Assembly (NCBI GenBank): GCA_021154405.1
Contig: JAJKIP010000122.1
Location: forward strand, 7,874 to 39,873
Direction: 5' to 3'
DNA: 32,000 bases
Origin: Segetibacter sp.
GTDB taxonomy: Bacteria; Bacteroidota; Bacteroidia; Chitinophagales; Chitinophagaceae
The position numbers were made by a program, and so were the translations under genes. A model generated the notes under the pieces. It was given only the letters and a program-made list of their open reading frames with translations. It made no database searches and was not told where the DNA came from. Below, piece by piece: positions 10,048 to 19,219 of this stretch. Numbering within the stretch: position 1 is the first letter of the stretch; each line of letters opens with the position of its first letter.

Positions 10048-11100
10048 TTAAGATTGATATTGCTTTGTGTAATATTGTTGGTATTCCCCGGAAGTTACAT
10101 GTTTTAGCCACTCGGTATTCTCTAAATACCAATCAATTGTCAGACCAAGTCCCTGCTCAAACGTTACTGAAGGCTTCCAACCCAGTTCTGAACTGATTTT
10201 TGTGGCATCTATTGCATATCGCCGGTCATGTCCGGGACGATCTTTTACATAGGTTATCAATTTCTCACTGGTACCAGGTGAGTTACCGAGCTTCTCATCC
10301 ATCAATTTACATAGCAATTTTACAAGTTCTATGTTTTTCCATTCATTAAAACCGCCAATATTATAGGTTTCTCCGGGTTTACCCTGATGAAATACGAGAT
10401 CAATAGCCAGGGCATGGTCTTTAACAAAAAGCCAGTCGCGGGTATATAAACCATCCCCATATACTGGTAATGGCTTTTTCTGGATAATATTATTAATGAA
10501 TAAAGGTATCAGCTTTTCCGGGAAATGGTAGGGGCCGTAGTTATTAGAGCAATTACTAAGTACTATCGGAAGGGAATAGGTGTCATGATAAGCCCTTACG
10601 AAATGGTCCGAAGCCGCTTTGGAAGCACTGTAAGGAGAATGGGGATCATACCTTGTTGATTCTGTAAAAAATCCCGTTTGTCCCAAAGCTCCATATACTT
10701 CATCAGTAGAAACATGATAAAAGCGTCTGTCCTGAAAGCTTCCCTGCCAGGCCTTTTTAGCTGCATTAAGCAAATTTACCGTGCCGATCACGTTGGTATA
10801 TACAAAATCCAGGGGAGACACAATTGACCGGTCTACATGAGATTCAGCTGCCAGATGAATAACCCCGTCGGGATTATATTTTGCAAATAGCGCATCAAGC
10901 CCTTCAACATCAAGTATATTTTGTTTCTCAAAATTATAATTGGGGCTTTTCTCAATATCCCTGATATTTTCCAGATTGCCTGCATACGTTAGCGCATCCA
11001 GATTTACAATTTGATAGCTGGGGTATTTGGTAACAAACAGGCGAACAACATGGGATCCTATAAAGCCCGCTCCTCCTGTGATAACAATTGTCTTGGACAT
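10048..11100 (-). CDS. rfbB: dTDP-glucose 4,6-dehydratase
   Basis: ITGGAGFIGSHVVR...LDALTYAGNLENI...HLAAESHVDRSI...STDEVYG...SPYSASKAASDH...RPGHDRRYAID are the canonical RfbB/RmlB blocks. Confidence 0.93.
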   Translation of the reverse strand: MSKTIVITGGAGFIGSHVVRLFVTKYPSYQIVNLDALTYAGNLENIRDIEKSPNYNFEKQNILDVEGLDALFAKYNPDGVIHLAAESHVDRSIVSPLDFVYTNVIGTVNLLNAAKKAWQGSFQDRRFYHVSTDEVYGALGQTGFFTESTRYDPHSPYSASKAASDHFVRAYHDTYSLPIVLSNCSNNYGPYHFPEKLIPLFINNIIQKKPLPVYGDGLYTRDWLFVKDHALAIDLVFHQGKPGETYNIGGFNEWKNIELVKLLCKLMDEKLGNSPGTSEKLITYVKDRPGHDRRYAIDATKISSELGWKPSVTFEQGLGLTIDWYLENTEWLKHVTSGEYQQYYTKQYQS

Positions 11101-11108
11101 AATCGTGA

Positions 11109-12068
11109 TTATAAACGTGCAGAATTTTTTTTATACCAGTTATAAGTAATTTTCAGGCCTTGCTCAACAGATGTCTGGGGATTATAACCGAGAAGGTTTT
11201 TAGCTTTGGAAATATCGGCAAGGCTGTGTTTAACATCTCCGGCGCGTTCCGGACCGAAATGTGGTGACAGTGTGCTTCCGGCTTCCTGTTTTAATACTTC
11301 AAAAAGCTCAGACAGTGTTGTCTGGCTGCCATAAGCTATATTATATACCTGGTTCAGCGCTTCTTTTTTATCTGCAAAAAGAGCGGCAATATTTGCCTGC
11401 ACGGCGTTGTCCACAAAAGTAAAGTCACGACTATGTGTACCGTCACCATTTATGACAGGAGGTTTGTTTTCCAGGATCGCTTTTACAAAAAGGGGGATGA
11501 CAGCCGCATAAGGACCCTGAGGATTCTGCTTTGGCCCGAATATATTAAAGTATCGAAGTCCAATGAAATCAAGCTGGTAAAGGCTGGAAAATACCTGCGC
11601 GTATAACTCATTCACGTATTTGGTAACTGCATAAGGCGAAAGGGGATTTCCAATCCTGTCCTCCTTTTTGGGCAAGCCGGGATGGTCCCCATAAGTAGAT
11701 GAACTGGCTGCATAAACAACACGCTGTACCTTCCTTTCTTTGGCAGCAGTGAATATGTTCAGGGTACCGGTGATATTCACGTCATTGGTTGTAAGAGGGT
11801 CATTAATTGAGCGTGGCACCGATCCAAGTGCAGCCTGATGGGAAATGCCGTCTATTTTCTCACATGCCTGCAGGCATACATTATAGTCCCTGATATCACC
11901 ATCAATAAATTCAAACCGGCCCATTCCTTCAAATTCACGAATGTTCTCCATCGACCCCGTAGCAAGGTTATCTAAAACCCTGACAAGAGTAACACGGTTA
12001 TCCTTTAATAATTTATCTACAAGGTTGGAACCGATAAACCCGGCTCCGCCGGTAACTAGAACTTGCAT
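11109..12068 (-). CDS. extended-SDR nucleotide-sugar epimerase (WbpP/TviC-like)
   Basis: VTGGAGFIGSNLVDKLL...LDNLATGSMENI...SPYAVTKYVNELY resemble the UDP-GlcNAc/UDP-GalNAc(A) 4-epimerase subgroup (LDNxxTG). The subgroup assignment is tentative. Confidence 0.7.
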   Translation of the reverse strand: MQVLVTGGAGFIGSNLVDKLLKDNRVTLVRVLDNLATGSMENIREFEGMGRFEFIDGDIRDYNVCLQACEKIDGISHQAALGSVPRSINDPLTTNDVNITGTLNIFTAAKERKVQRVVYAASSSTYGDHPGLPKKEDRIGNPLSPYAVTKYVNELYAQVFSSLYQLDFIGLRYFNIFGPKQNPQGPYAAVIPLFVKAILENKPPVINGDGTHSRDFTFVDNAVQANIAALFADKKEALNQVYNIAYGSQTTLSELFEVLKQEAGSTLSPHFGPERAGDVKHSLADISKAKNLLGYNPQTSVEQGLKITYNWYKKNSARL

Positions 12069-12122
12069 CTTTTAAAGAGTTAAAATATAATTGGCGGCTT
12101 TACACTCATCATGCTTTTGATA

Positions 12123-13199
12123 TTACGCGGATGGCTTAAACATTCTGTTTATCACTCTTTCCCTGATACTTAAGAATTTCTCTTCTATCAGGATTGTAAA
12201 CAACATCGCTGTCCCAAACGAAACGATCAAATAAACCAGAAATGCTATTAAATTAATTCCGAGATAGTGGCTGATTATTAGTACAAACATTGAGTGCCAC
12301 AAATACCAGTTATAACTGTAATAAGCGATGAAACGAAAAGGCTTCCATTTTGAAAAATCATGATAGTACAGGCCAAGGATCATGAGAAAAAAGCAAAAAG
12401 GGGAAACTGAATAAAAAACTACTTTTTTGAAATAGTAGTTATCCCAGTTAACATATAAGGTAAGGCCTGCAGCAAATAAAAGCACACCAATAGGAAATAA
12501 GATCTTCAATTTTGTCTGTTTTTGAAGAAAGGATCCAAAATAATTAATGAAAACAGCAAGCAAAACTCCCCATCCAAGAGCATCTAATTTATTGTGGGTC
12601 CCCATGTAAGTATCTCCACTTTTAGTCAGAAACAAGCTCAATATTTTAAAAACTATTCCAGCGAGAATCATACAACCAACAGTCAAAAAAAGGTACTGTA
12701 GCCTGTTGCTGAATATTTTTGCTGTAATAATCAGGGCTAAGGGCAATAAAAGATAAAAGTGCTCTTCAATGCATAGCGACCATACAACATCAAAAGGGAT
12801 ATGAGCTGGCCCCCCTGTATAATTTTGGTAAAAAAAGATGTATCGCGAAATATCCTTGAAGTTCGGATTGATTATAAAATAACGGTCAAGATTACTATAA
12901 AACAATATGGCAACTATTGAACCGAAAAGCAAAAACCAGTAATAAGAAGGCCATATTTTGAACCCCCTTTGAAAAATAAATTTCCAAAAATTTATTCCAT
13001 TGGGCCCTTTGAACTGGTTAATAACAATTCCGCCCACGAGCAGACCAGAAATCACAAAAAAGAGATCCACGCCAAAATAACCATAGGGAAGAAACCCATT
13101 GAAATGGTAAAATACTACCGAAAGAATTGCAACCGACCTGAATACATCAACACTTGCTATACGTTTATTAGACTGAAGTACCTGACTCGATTTAAGCAT
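12123..13199 (-). CDS. acyltransferase family 3 membrane protein (polysaccharide O-acetyltransferase type)
   Basis: The N-terminal RIASVDVFRSVAILSVVFYHF is the acyltransferase-3 signature with its conserved His. The protein has about 10 hydrophobic segments and lies inside the EPS locus. Confidence 0.8.
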   Translation of the reverse strand: MLKSSQVLQSNKRIASVDVFRSVAILSVVFYHFNGFLPYGYFGVDLFFVISGLLVGGIVINQFKGPNGINFWKFIFQRGFKIWPSYYWFLLFGSIVAILFYSNLDRYFIINPNFKDISRYIFFYQNYTGGPAHIPFDVVWSLCIEEHFYLLLPLALIITAKIFSNRLQYLFLTVGCMILAGIVFKILSLFLTKSGDTYMGTHNKLDALGWGVLLAVFINYFGSFLQKQTKLKILFPIGVLLFAAGLTLYVNWDNYYFKKVVFYSVSPFCFFLMILGLYYHDFSKWKPFRFIAYYSYNWYLWHSMFVLIISHYLGINLIAFLVYLIVSFGTAMLFTILIEEKFLSIRERVINRMFKPSA

Positions 13200-13207
13200 A
13201 TAAATAT

Positions 13208-13297
13208 TCAGGAAATCTGACGCCTGAAATAATTACCATAACCACTGTTTTTAATTACTGCCGCAATTTCAAGTAACTCATTCTCTGTCATTAATCC
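13208..13297 (-). pseudogene. 3'-terminal relic of a second glucose-1-phosphate thymidylyltransferase (rfbA) gene
   Basis: Hand translation of the minus strand gives GLMTENELLEIAAVIKNSGYGNYFRRQIS followed by a stop. This aligns without gaps to the last 29 aa of the intact RfbA in this window ([29 protein letters not shown]) with 15/29 identities, including the NSGYGxY block. An in-frame TAG lies immediately upstream, so only the tail survives. Confidence 0.7.
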
Positions 13298-13308
13298 CTA
13301 TCTGAAAA

Positions 13309-15717
13309 CTATTTCTTCAATCCTACCCACCGGCGTGGATCTATTTTTGAAATAAATTTTTCAAAAGAAGATATTGGCTTTGCCTCTTCTTCGTAATAGC
13401 TGCTTTTCTGTGCATAGCCGTAACCATACCCATATCTGCCATATCCATAATATCCGTATCCTGGCTTTAATTTCACATCATTAATGATTATGCTTACTCT
13501 GGGCAATTTTTTTTCCTCGTAAAACTCATCAATCAGGGTGATTTGTTTTTTAAAGGTGTGCCCCTGGCGAACAAGATATAAAGTACAGTCTGCAAATTTT
13601 CCCAAAGTCATTGCGTCGCTTACCATTCCTACCGGAGCAGTATCAACAATGATTGCTTCAAAATTGGCACGGAGCTTTGTAAACATATCAGTCACCTTCG
13701 GATCCAGCAATAGTTCTGAGGGATTTGGTGGAATTGGTCCGCAGGGCAACACAAATAGATTGGGTTGATCGGGAACGGGGATGATCAGGTCTTCCAATTC
13801 ACCTTTGCCCAGCAGGTAATTACTAATTCCTGATTTTTTACTCATCCCAATACCTGAAAGTATCTTGGGTTTCCGTATGTCAAATTCAAGAATAACAGTT
13901 TTCTTTCCGGCCAATGATAATACGGCGCCTATGTTTATACTTACAAATGATTTACCCTCACCGCTAACCGAAGAGGTAACCATGATCACAGGCTGAGTTA
14001 TTTGTGGTAGAATATATTGAAGGTTTGAACGAATGATCCTGAATTGTTCCGCAACCATTCCGCGACTTGTTTTATTTACAATCAACGTTTTTTCCGAATA
14101 AGAATGCCCTACTTCTCCAAGTATGGGCGCCTTGGTTATTCTTTCAATATCAAACCTGGTACTTACTTTATCATTGACCACTTCTGCAATAAATATGATA
14201 AGTGCCGGCAGTCCAAGGCCAATTAGCACAGCCAGAATTTGTATGGCTCTTTTATTGGGTTTAACCGGAGTGAGAGATGGAGTGGCCAAATTAATGATCT
14301 TGGAATTTGAAATGGTTGATGCCCTCCCGATTGCAGCCTCTTCTCTTTTACCCTGTAATAGATTATAAAGAGTTAGTTTCGTATTGATCTGACGCTCCAT
14401 TTCTACCAGCTCTTTCAGCTTAAAAGGCATTGCCTTTAATTCAGATTCGTCGAAAGAGCTCTTTGTTTTCAGCGTTTCAATACTGGACGCATAAACAGCC
14501 CTGACATTTTTTAGATTTTCCAGGATACTTTCCCTTAATTTTTCTATCTGTCCTTCCACTTCCTTTACCGCAGGATTTTCGATTGGCACTTTGGAATCCA
14601 GCAGTGACTGTCTTTCCAGTTGCGCTTTGTTATATCCCGCAACCAGTTCATTCAATGTAAGGTCCTCGAGCCCCAGTGAAGAGGGAACAACTATTCGCAG
14701 ATATTCTTTGCTTTTATCTTTAAGGTAGCTTGTAATATCGTCTGCAATTGACAACCTGAACCGCTGCTCATTAATAGATTTATCTGCCTCACCTATCCTT
14801 TCAAAATAATTTGAAGACTGCACCTCAGGATCGATGAGATTATTAAGCTGCTTATATCGAAGGTATTTAGCTTGCAGCGTGTCAATTTCTCGCGTAAAAA
14901 TATTTAACCGCTCATCTATGAAATGAAGCATTTGATCAGTGGAAAAATTGTTTTGCTCAACGGTCATTGAATCATACTGAACCATCAATGAATTCACAAT
15001 ATCAGCGGACATCAAGGCACTTGAAGTCTGAATGCTCACAGCTACAATACCAGTTCCGGGCGTTTGGGGTTGTACCTTTAAATTAGTAACCAGGTTGCTT
15101 GCCACTACACTGGTGGGATCCCAATTGACGGTAAATTCGCTACCAGGGCTTATGTTTCCTGTTTTTATCAGCCTGAATATTCCATGCTTGTTTTGAAATA
15201 CTTTACCGAATGAAAAATTTGATTCATTGTCTATCCGGAACATCTGACTGTTAACCATCTTGATCTTTGTTGAAAAAGAGGCACTGGAGTCAGCTATTTC
15301 ATATACTTCCATTTGGAATGGAGCAAGTTTGTATACATTGAATTCTTTAATCTTTCCATTGGCTATGTAACTTACCTGAAGATGTATCCGGTTCACAACT
15401 CTTTCCATCAAAGGCCGTGACCGCATAATTTCAATCTCATTCTGTATGTTCTGGGAACGATTGCTACCTTCAAGGATGTCCTCAACCTTGTCTTCACGGC
15501 TCGCTGGCTTCTCGTTTTTAATAAGCATGGTACCCGTAGAACTGTAAATGCGTGTAGAATATCTCAGGTATATCCAGGCTACCAGCAGGGCGGCAGCAAG
15601 CGACAATAAAAACAAAGGCAGAAACCTTACATATTTATAAAAAATATCCCTGGCACTAAGGCCCCATAATTCACCCCTGTTGGTATTGCCATTATTTATA
15701 TTTACATGATCTTCCAT
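13309..15717 (-). CDS. wzc: Wzc-type polysaccharide co-polymerase / BY-tyrosine kinase
   Basis: N-terminal TM segment plus a long coiled periplasmic region. The C-terminal kinase domain has Walker A SSVSGEGKS, A' ILEFDIRKP and Walker B IIVDTAPVG. The Tyr-rich tail reads KPGYGYYGYGRYGYGYGYAQKSSYY. Confidence 0.9.
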   Translation of the reverse strand: MEDHVNINNGNTNRGELWGLSARDIFYKYVRFLPLFLLSLAAALLVAWIYLRYSTRIYSSTGTMLIKNEKPASREDKVEDILEGSNRSQNIQNEIEIMRSRPLMERVVNRIHLQVSYIANGKIKEFNVYKLAPFQMEVYEIADSSASFSTKIKMVNSQMFRIDNESNFSFGKVFQNKHGIFRLIKTGNISPGSEFTVNWDPTSVVASNLVTNLKVQPQTPGTGIVAVSIQTSSALMSADIVNSLMVQYDSMTVEQNNFSTDQMLHFIDERLNIFTREIDTLQAKYLRYKQLNNLIDPEVQSSNYFERIGEADKSINEQRFRLSIADDITSYLKDKSKEYLRIVVPSSLGLEDLTLNELVAGYNKAQLERQSLLDSKVPIENPAVKEVEGQIEKLRESILENLKNVRAVYASSIETLKTKSSFDESELKAMPFKLKELVEMERQINTKLTLYNLLQGKREEAAIGRASTISNSKIINLATPSLTPVKPNKRAIQILAVLIGLGLPALIIFIAEVVNDKVSTRFDIERITKAPILGEVGHSYSEKTLIVNKTSRGMVAEQFRIIRSNLQYILPQITQPVIMVTSSVSGEGKSFVSINIGAVLSLAGKKTVILEFDIRKPKILSGIGMSKKSGISNYLLGKGELEDLIIPVPDQPNLFVLPCGPIPPNPSELLLDPKVTDMFTKLRANFEAIIVDTAPVGMVSDAMTLGKFADCTLYLVRQGHTFKKQITLIDEFYEEKKLPRVSIIINDVKLKPGYGYYGYGRYGYGYGYAQKSSYYEEEAKPISSFEKFISKIDPRRWVGLKK

Positions 15718-15741
15718 TCAAAAGAAATTATATTCTTACCG

Positions 15742-16536
15742 TTACTTAAAAATGTTATAAACCAGCGCTATGGCAGTAACTATGCTAAGCCCAAAACTGA
15801 CTCTTTGAATGACCAGATCCTGGTCGGTTTTCTTAGCCTTTTTTGGTGTAGGATCAACTATCACCATATCATTTTGCCGAAGGGTGTAATATGGAGATTC
15901 AAAAAGTTGTTTGGAAGAAAGGTCAACCACCCCTATTTCCCTTTTTCCATCTGTTTCCCTTATCACTTTTACGGAAGTTTTTAATGCATAGTCGGTAAGC
16001 CCACCCGCCATTCCAACAGCTTCAAGCAAGGTGATCCTTTCACTGGGAATTGTAATAACCCCTTGCCTGTTCACCTCCCCAATGACGGTAACTTTTAAAT
16101 TCTGAAACCGGATAATAACGGTAGGGTCCTCCAATAATTTTACAGGTTCGGTTAATCTTTTTTTGATTTCATTTGCCAATTCCTCTCTTGTCAGGCCTTC
16201 AGCGTGAATAACACCCAGTTTGGGATGATGGATATTGCCATCTACATCTACCAGGAAACCAGGTGATGTGGCGCTACTACTGCCTCCCTGGCTGGAAAGA
16301 CCTCCAGAAACAGTTCCCAGATTATATATCGCATCCACTTCAGATTTGGTAGTGGTGCTATAAATCTGAATTGAGAGAAGATCATCTTTCTGAATGCGCA
16401 AAACTGGGGTCTGTAAAGTCCCTTTACCAGATGTATCCGTTACATTTTGGATATAATTGGGGATTTTTTGCTGAGTGCTGCAGGAGATTATATATAAAGG
16501 GAAAATTAAAATTGAGAGAGAACGGAGGAATTTCAT
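15742..16536 (-). CDS. wza: Wza-type polysaccharide export outer-membrane lipoprotein
   Basis: Lipobox-like LYIISCS. A Poly_export-like region (LRIQKDDLLSIQIY) is followed by an SLBB-like region (VTVIGEVNRQGVITIP...LLEAVGMAGGLT). The gene lies immediately upstream of wzc. Confidence 0.85.
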   Translation of the reverse strand: MKFLRSLSILIFPLYIISCSTQQKIPNYIQNVTDTSGKGTLQTPVLRIQKDDLLSIQIYSTTTKSEVDAIYNLGTVSGGLSSQGGSSSATSPGFLVDVDGNIHHPKLGVIHAEGLTREELANEIKKRLTEPVKLLEDPTVIIRFQNLKVTVIGEVNRQGVITIPSERITLLEAVGMAGGLTDYALKTSVKVIRETDGKREIGVVDLSSKQLFESPYYTLRQNDMVIVDPTPKKAKKTDQDLVIQRVSFGLSIVTAIALVYNIFK

Positions 16537-16579
16537 TTATAGTTCTTTAATGGTAATACGCGGCTTAAAGGCTATGACC

Positions 16580-17134
16580 CTATCCTTCAGATCGGGCCGA
16601 AGTTAATTTAGTTCTGTCAATATAGGCCACCAGCACATATCCCAGGCTGTCAATTGCTATTTTCACTGTTTTTCTATGCACGCTTAATACCTGCCCTTCT
16701 TTATCCATAAGTGGGCCGGTGGTAATCTTTACCCGCTGGTCTACCCGGAAGTTAATGGGTTTAACTTCCACATTTTCATACTCATCGAGAAAGCGGCGAA
16801 TGGCATTGATCTCTTTTTCCCGGATTACAGCCGGTTTCCCTTCCCAATAAACAAAATTGATGACCCCTGGTGTCATGCGCACATTAATGCGGTCATTATC
16901 ACTCACCTTTACGAAAACATAAGACTTAAAGAGTGGCTCTTCCACTACTTTAACCCGGTCACTCCATTTGCGTCTCACCTTATTGAGTGGACAATAGCTC
17001 TCCAGTCCCTTTTCCTGAAGAAGCTGGTTGATTTTTTTCTCCCAACGGGGCTTGCTATAGACTGCCAACCATTTTCGGGTCATCGAAGATTTTTTTGACG
17101 GCTTCGCCACCTCAGTCACATGGGTTAGTTTCAT
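16580..17134 (-). CDS. UpxY-family (NusG-like) transcription antiterminator
   Basis: WLAVYSKPRWEKKINQLLQEKGLESYCPL...PLFKSYVFVK is an NGN domain, and there is a C-terminal KOW-like region (VKITTGPLMDKEGQV). It is the first gene of the polysaccharide operon, as is typical in Bacteroidota. The true start may be the internal ATG at 17083 (MTRKW...). Confidence 0.8.
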   Translation of the reverse strand: MKLTHVTEVAKPSKKSSMTRKWLAVYSKPRWEKKINQLLQEKGLESYCPLNKVRRKWSDRVKVVEEPLFKSYVFVKVSDNDRINVRMTPGVINFVYWEGKPAVIREKEINAIRRFLDEYENVEVKPINFRVDQRVKITTGPLMDKEGQVLSVHRKTVKIAIDSLGYVLVAYIDRTKLTSARSEG

Positions 17135-17189
17135 ATGACCGGTAACAATGAGCTTAAATAACCCATCGTAATTTTACTTTATACGGGTG

Positions 17190-17197
17190 CAAATATA
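17190..17197 (-). promoter_or_regulatory. candidate Bacteroidota -7 promoter box (TATATTTG) for the UpxY-led operon
   Basis: The minus strand reads TATATTTG, an exact fit to the TAnnTTTG -7 consensus. It lies 55 nt upstream of the ATG at 17134. I found no clean TTTG -33 element. Confidence 0.35.
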
Positions 17198-17266
17198 AGG
17201 GGAAATGGGACTGAGGAAAGAATAAAATAACCGGATTCTGAATGATTTGTCCCCATGAGTTGATAA

Positions 17267-17848
17267 CTAGGAAACAGGAAAAACCATCTGGTTCATTAAT
17301 TTATAACGCTTCGCAGTAATGGGGCAGGAAGCCATCCCCTCGGCCGTAAAATCAAGTGTTATTCCGGCCTCACTAACCCAGCCGATCTGACGCGCCGGAT
17401 TACCCACCATCAGGCCATAAGGACTCACGTTTCCTACCACCATGGCACCTGCCCCGATCATGGCATATGAACCTATTTCAACTCCGCAAAGAATGGTGCT
17501 GTTGGCACCAATTGTAGCCCCTTTCCGGATTATGGTTTTCCTGAATTCATCCTTTCTTTCAATAAAGCTGCGGGGATTGATAACATTAGTGAACACCATG
17601 GAGGGGCCAAGGAATACATCATCTTCAATCACTACCCCCTTGTAAACTGAAACATTGTTCTGCACTTTTACTCCGTTGCCTAACGTAACATCGTTATCAA
17701 TAAAAACATTTTGCCCAAGAATACAGTTCCTGCCAACTTTTGATCTGGGCATAAGATGACAGAAATGCCAGATTCGCGTGCCTTCTCCTACCATGGCGCC
17801 ATCATCAATTATGGCAGAAGGATGTATATGGGTTTTCACTAAAGACAT
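17267..17848 (-). CDS. left-handed beta-helix sugar N-acetyltransferase (WbpD/WlbB-like)
   Basis: Hexapeptide repeats run throughout. IHPSAIIDDGAMVGEGTRIWHFCHL...VQNNVSVYKGVVIEDDVFLGPSMVFTNVINPRS...VGNPARQIGW matches the WbpD-type aminosugar acetyltransferase pattern. Confidence 0.8.
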   Translation of the reverse strand: MSLVKTHIHPSAIIDDGAMVGEGTRIWHFCHLMPRSKVGRNCILGQNVFIDNDVTLGNGVKVQNNVSVYKGVVIEDDVFLGPSMVFTNVINPRSFIERKDEFRKTIIRKGATIGANSTILCGVEIGSYAMIGAGAMVVGNVSPYGLMVGNPARQIGWVSEAGITLDFTAEGMASCPITAKRYKLMNQMVFPVS

Positions 17849-17980
17849 AAACAGCGTTTTAACTATTAATGAGCGCTTTCACTTCAGTATTGTTGCACAA
17901 CCAAAGTAATATATTTACCTTTTACCGACCATTACTGTTCAGAAGCTTAAAATTACTTTAATAACCCCAATTCAATCGTA

Positions 17981-19123
17981 ATGAACCAACGCTTCTATTC
18001 GCTTGATGTGTTTCGTGGCGCAACTGTTTGCCTGATGATCCTTGTAAATAATCCTGGCTCCTGGTCACATATCTATCCACCATTGGAACATGCGCCCTGG
18101 CACGGATTAACTCCAACAGATCTGGTATTCCCTTTCTTTCTTTTTGCAGTAGGAAATGCATTATCGTTCGTTATGCCAAGACTGGAAGCGGGTGGTGATG
18201 CTGCGTTCTGGAAAAAGGTGATCAAAAGAACAGCATTAATATTCCTGATTGGCTTATTTCTGAACTGGTGGCCATTTGTACGCTGGACAGATGGGCATCT
18301 CTCGTTTATTCATTGGGTAAATCCTGCTGATGAAACAAAAGGGGTGCGCATCCTGGGTGTGCTACAACGCATAGCGCTTTGTTATTTTTTTGCCTCCATT
18401 ATCATTTATTACTTTAAGATCCGCAGAGCATTTTATATAGCCCTTTTATTATTGCTTGTATACTGGCTTGTTTGTGTTTTAGGTAATCCTTCTGATCCGT
18501 TCAGCATGCAGGGCTGGTTTGGAACTGATATCGATAAAAAAATACTCGGCGTTCCACACATGTATAAAGGAGAAGGTGTTGCTTTTGATCCGGAAGGGAT
18601 CATGAGTACTATGGCCGCTATTGCAGAAGTAATATTCGGCTATATGATCGGAGATTATATTCAGAAAAAAGGCAAAACCCATGAAATGGTTAGTGGATTG
18701 TTTGTAGCAGGAGTTGCCTTAATAGTTACCGGATACTGCTGGGATATGGTATTCCCGATCAATAAGAAGATCTGGACAAGCTCGTTCACCATTTATACCT
18801 CCGGACTTGCCACTCTGACAATTGCAACTATGATCTATCTCATAGAATTCAACAACAAAAGAAATTTTCTTACAAGATTCTTTGATGTATTTGGGAAAAA
18901 TGCATTGTTTGTATTTGCACTCAGTGCATTTCTGCCAAAAGGGTTGTCACTGATCAGGATGGGCGATGGAGTAAACCCATGGAACTTTCTTTATACAAAA
19001 GTATTTTCAAATGTACCTGGTGATCCAAGACTGGGTTCCCTGTTCTACGCAATATGTGTAATCATATTCATGTGGGCCATCTGCTATTTTATGGATAAGA
19101 AAAAGATATACATCAGAGTTTAG
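17981..19123 (+). CDS. HGSNAT/DUF5009-like integral membrane acetyltransferase family protein
   Basis: RFYSLDVFRGATVCLMILVNNPGSWSHIYPPLEHAPWHGLTPTDLVFPFFLFAVGNA is the characteristic N-terminal block of the heparan-alpha-glucosaminide N-acetyltransferase-like family (COG4299). The protein has multiple TM helices. Confidence 0.75.
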   Translation: MNQRFYSLDVFRGATVCLMILVNNPGSWSHIYPPLEHAPWHGLTPTDLVFPFFLFAVGNALSFVMPRLEAGGDAAFWKKVIKRTALIFLIGLFLNWWPFVRWTDGHLSFIHWVNPADETKGVRILGVLQRIALCYFFASIIIYYFKIRRAFYIALLLLLVYWLVCVLGNPSDPFSMQGWFGTDIDKKILGVPHMYKGEGVAFDPEGIMSTMAAIAEVIFGYMIGDYIQKKGKTHEMVSGLFVAGVALIVTGYCWDMVFPINKKIWTSSFTIYTSGLATLTIATMIYLIEFNNKRNFLTRFFDVFGKNALFVFALSAFLPKGLSLIRMGDGVNPWNFLYTKVFSNVPGDPRLGSLFYAICVIIFMWAICYFMDKKKIYIRV

Positions 19124-19160
19124 CCTTAATTGCCTCATAAAAATTTCAATGTTGGAACCC

Positions 19161-19168
19161 TAATTTTG
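19161..19168 (+). promoter_or_regulatory. candidate -7 promoter box (TAATTTTG) upstream of the TonB-dependent receptor
   Basis: Exact TAnnTTTG match 51 nt upstream of the ATG at 19220. It is followed by a bulged hairpin, ggaaatttc-tcaata-gaaattcc. Confidence 0.3.
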
Positions 19169-19219
19169 GAAATTTCTCAATAGAAATTCCCGAAATGATC
19201 GTCATTTGTCCTACCTTAA

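Noticed and set aside
12123-13199. Apparent AT-richness of the acyltransferase-3 gene as a sign of recent horizontal acquisition.
   Set aside because: Hand counts of two 60-nt lines gave 19-20 G+C (about 32-33%), against 28/60 in a line of rfbB. A line from the flippase gene (2461-2520) also gave 19/60. The bias therefore tracks hydrophobic membrane-protein codon usage rather than foreign origin. A proper sliding-window GC and codon analysis would be needed.
19124-19219. A riboswitch (cobalamin, SAM or similar) upstream of the TonB-dependent receptor.
   Set aside because: The whole intergenic region is only 96 nt, with a candidate -7 box at 19161. The leader of about 45 nt is too short for any known riboswitch aptamer. 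Only a small bulged hairpin is present.
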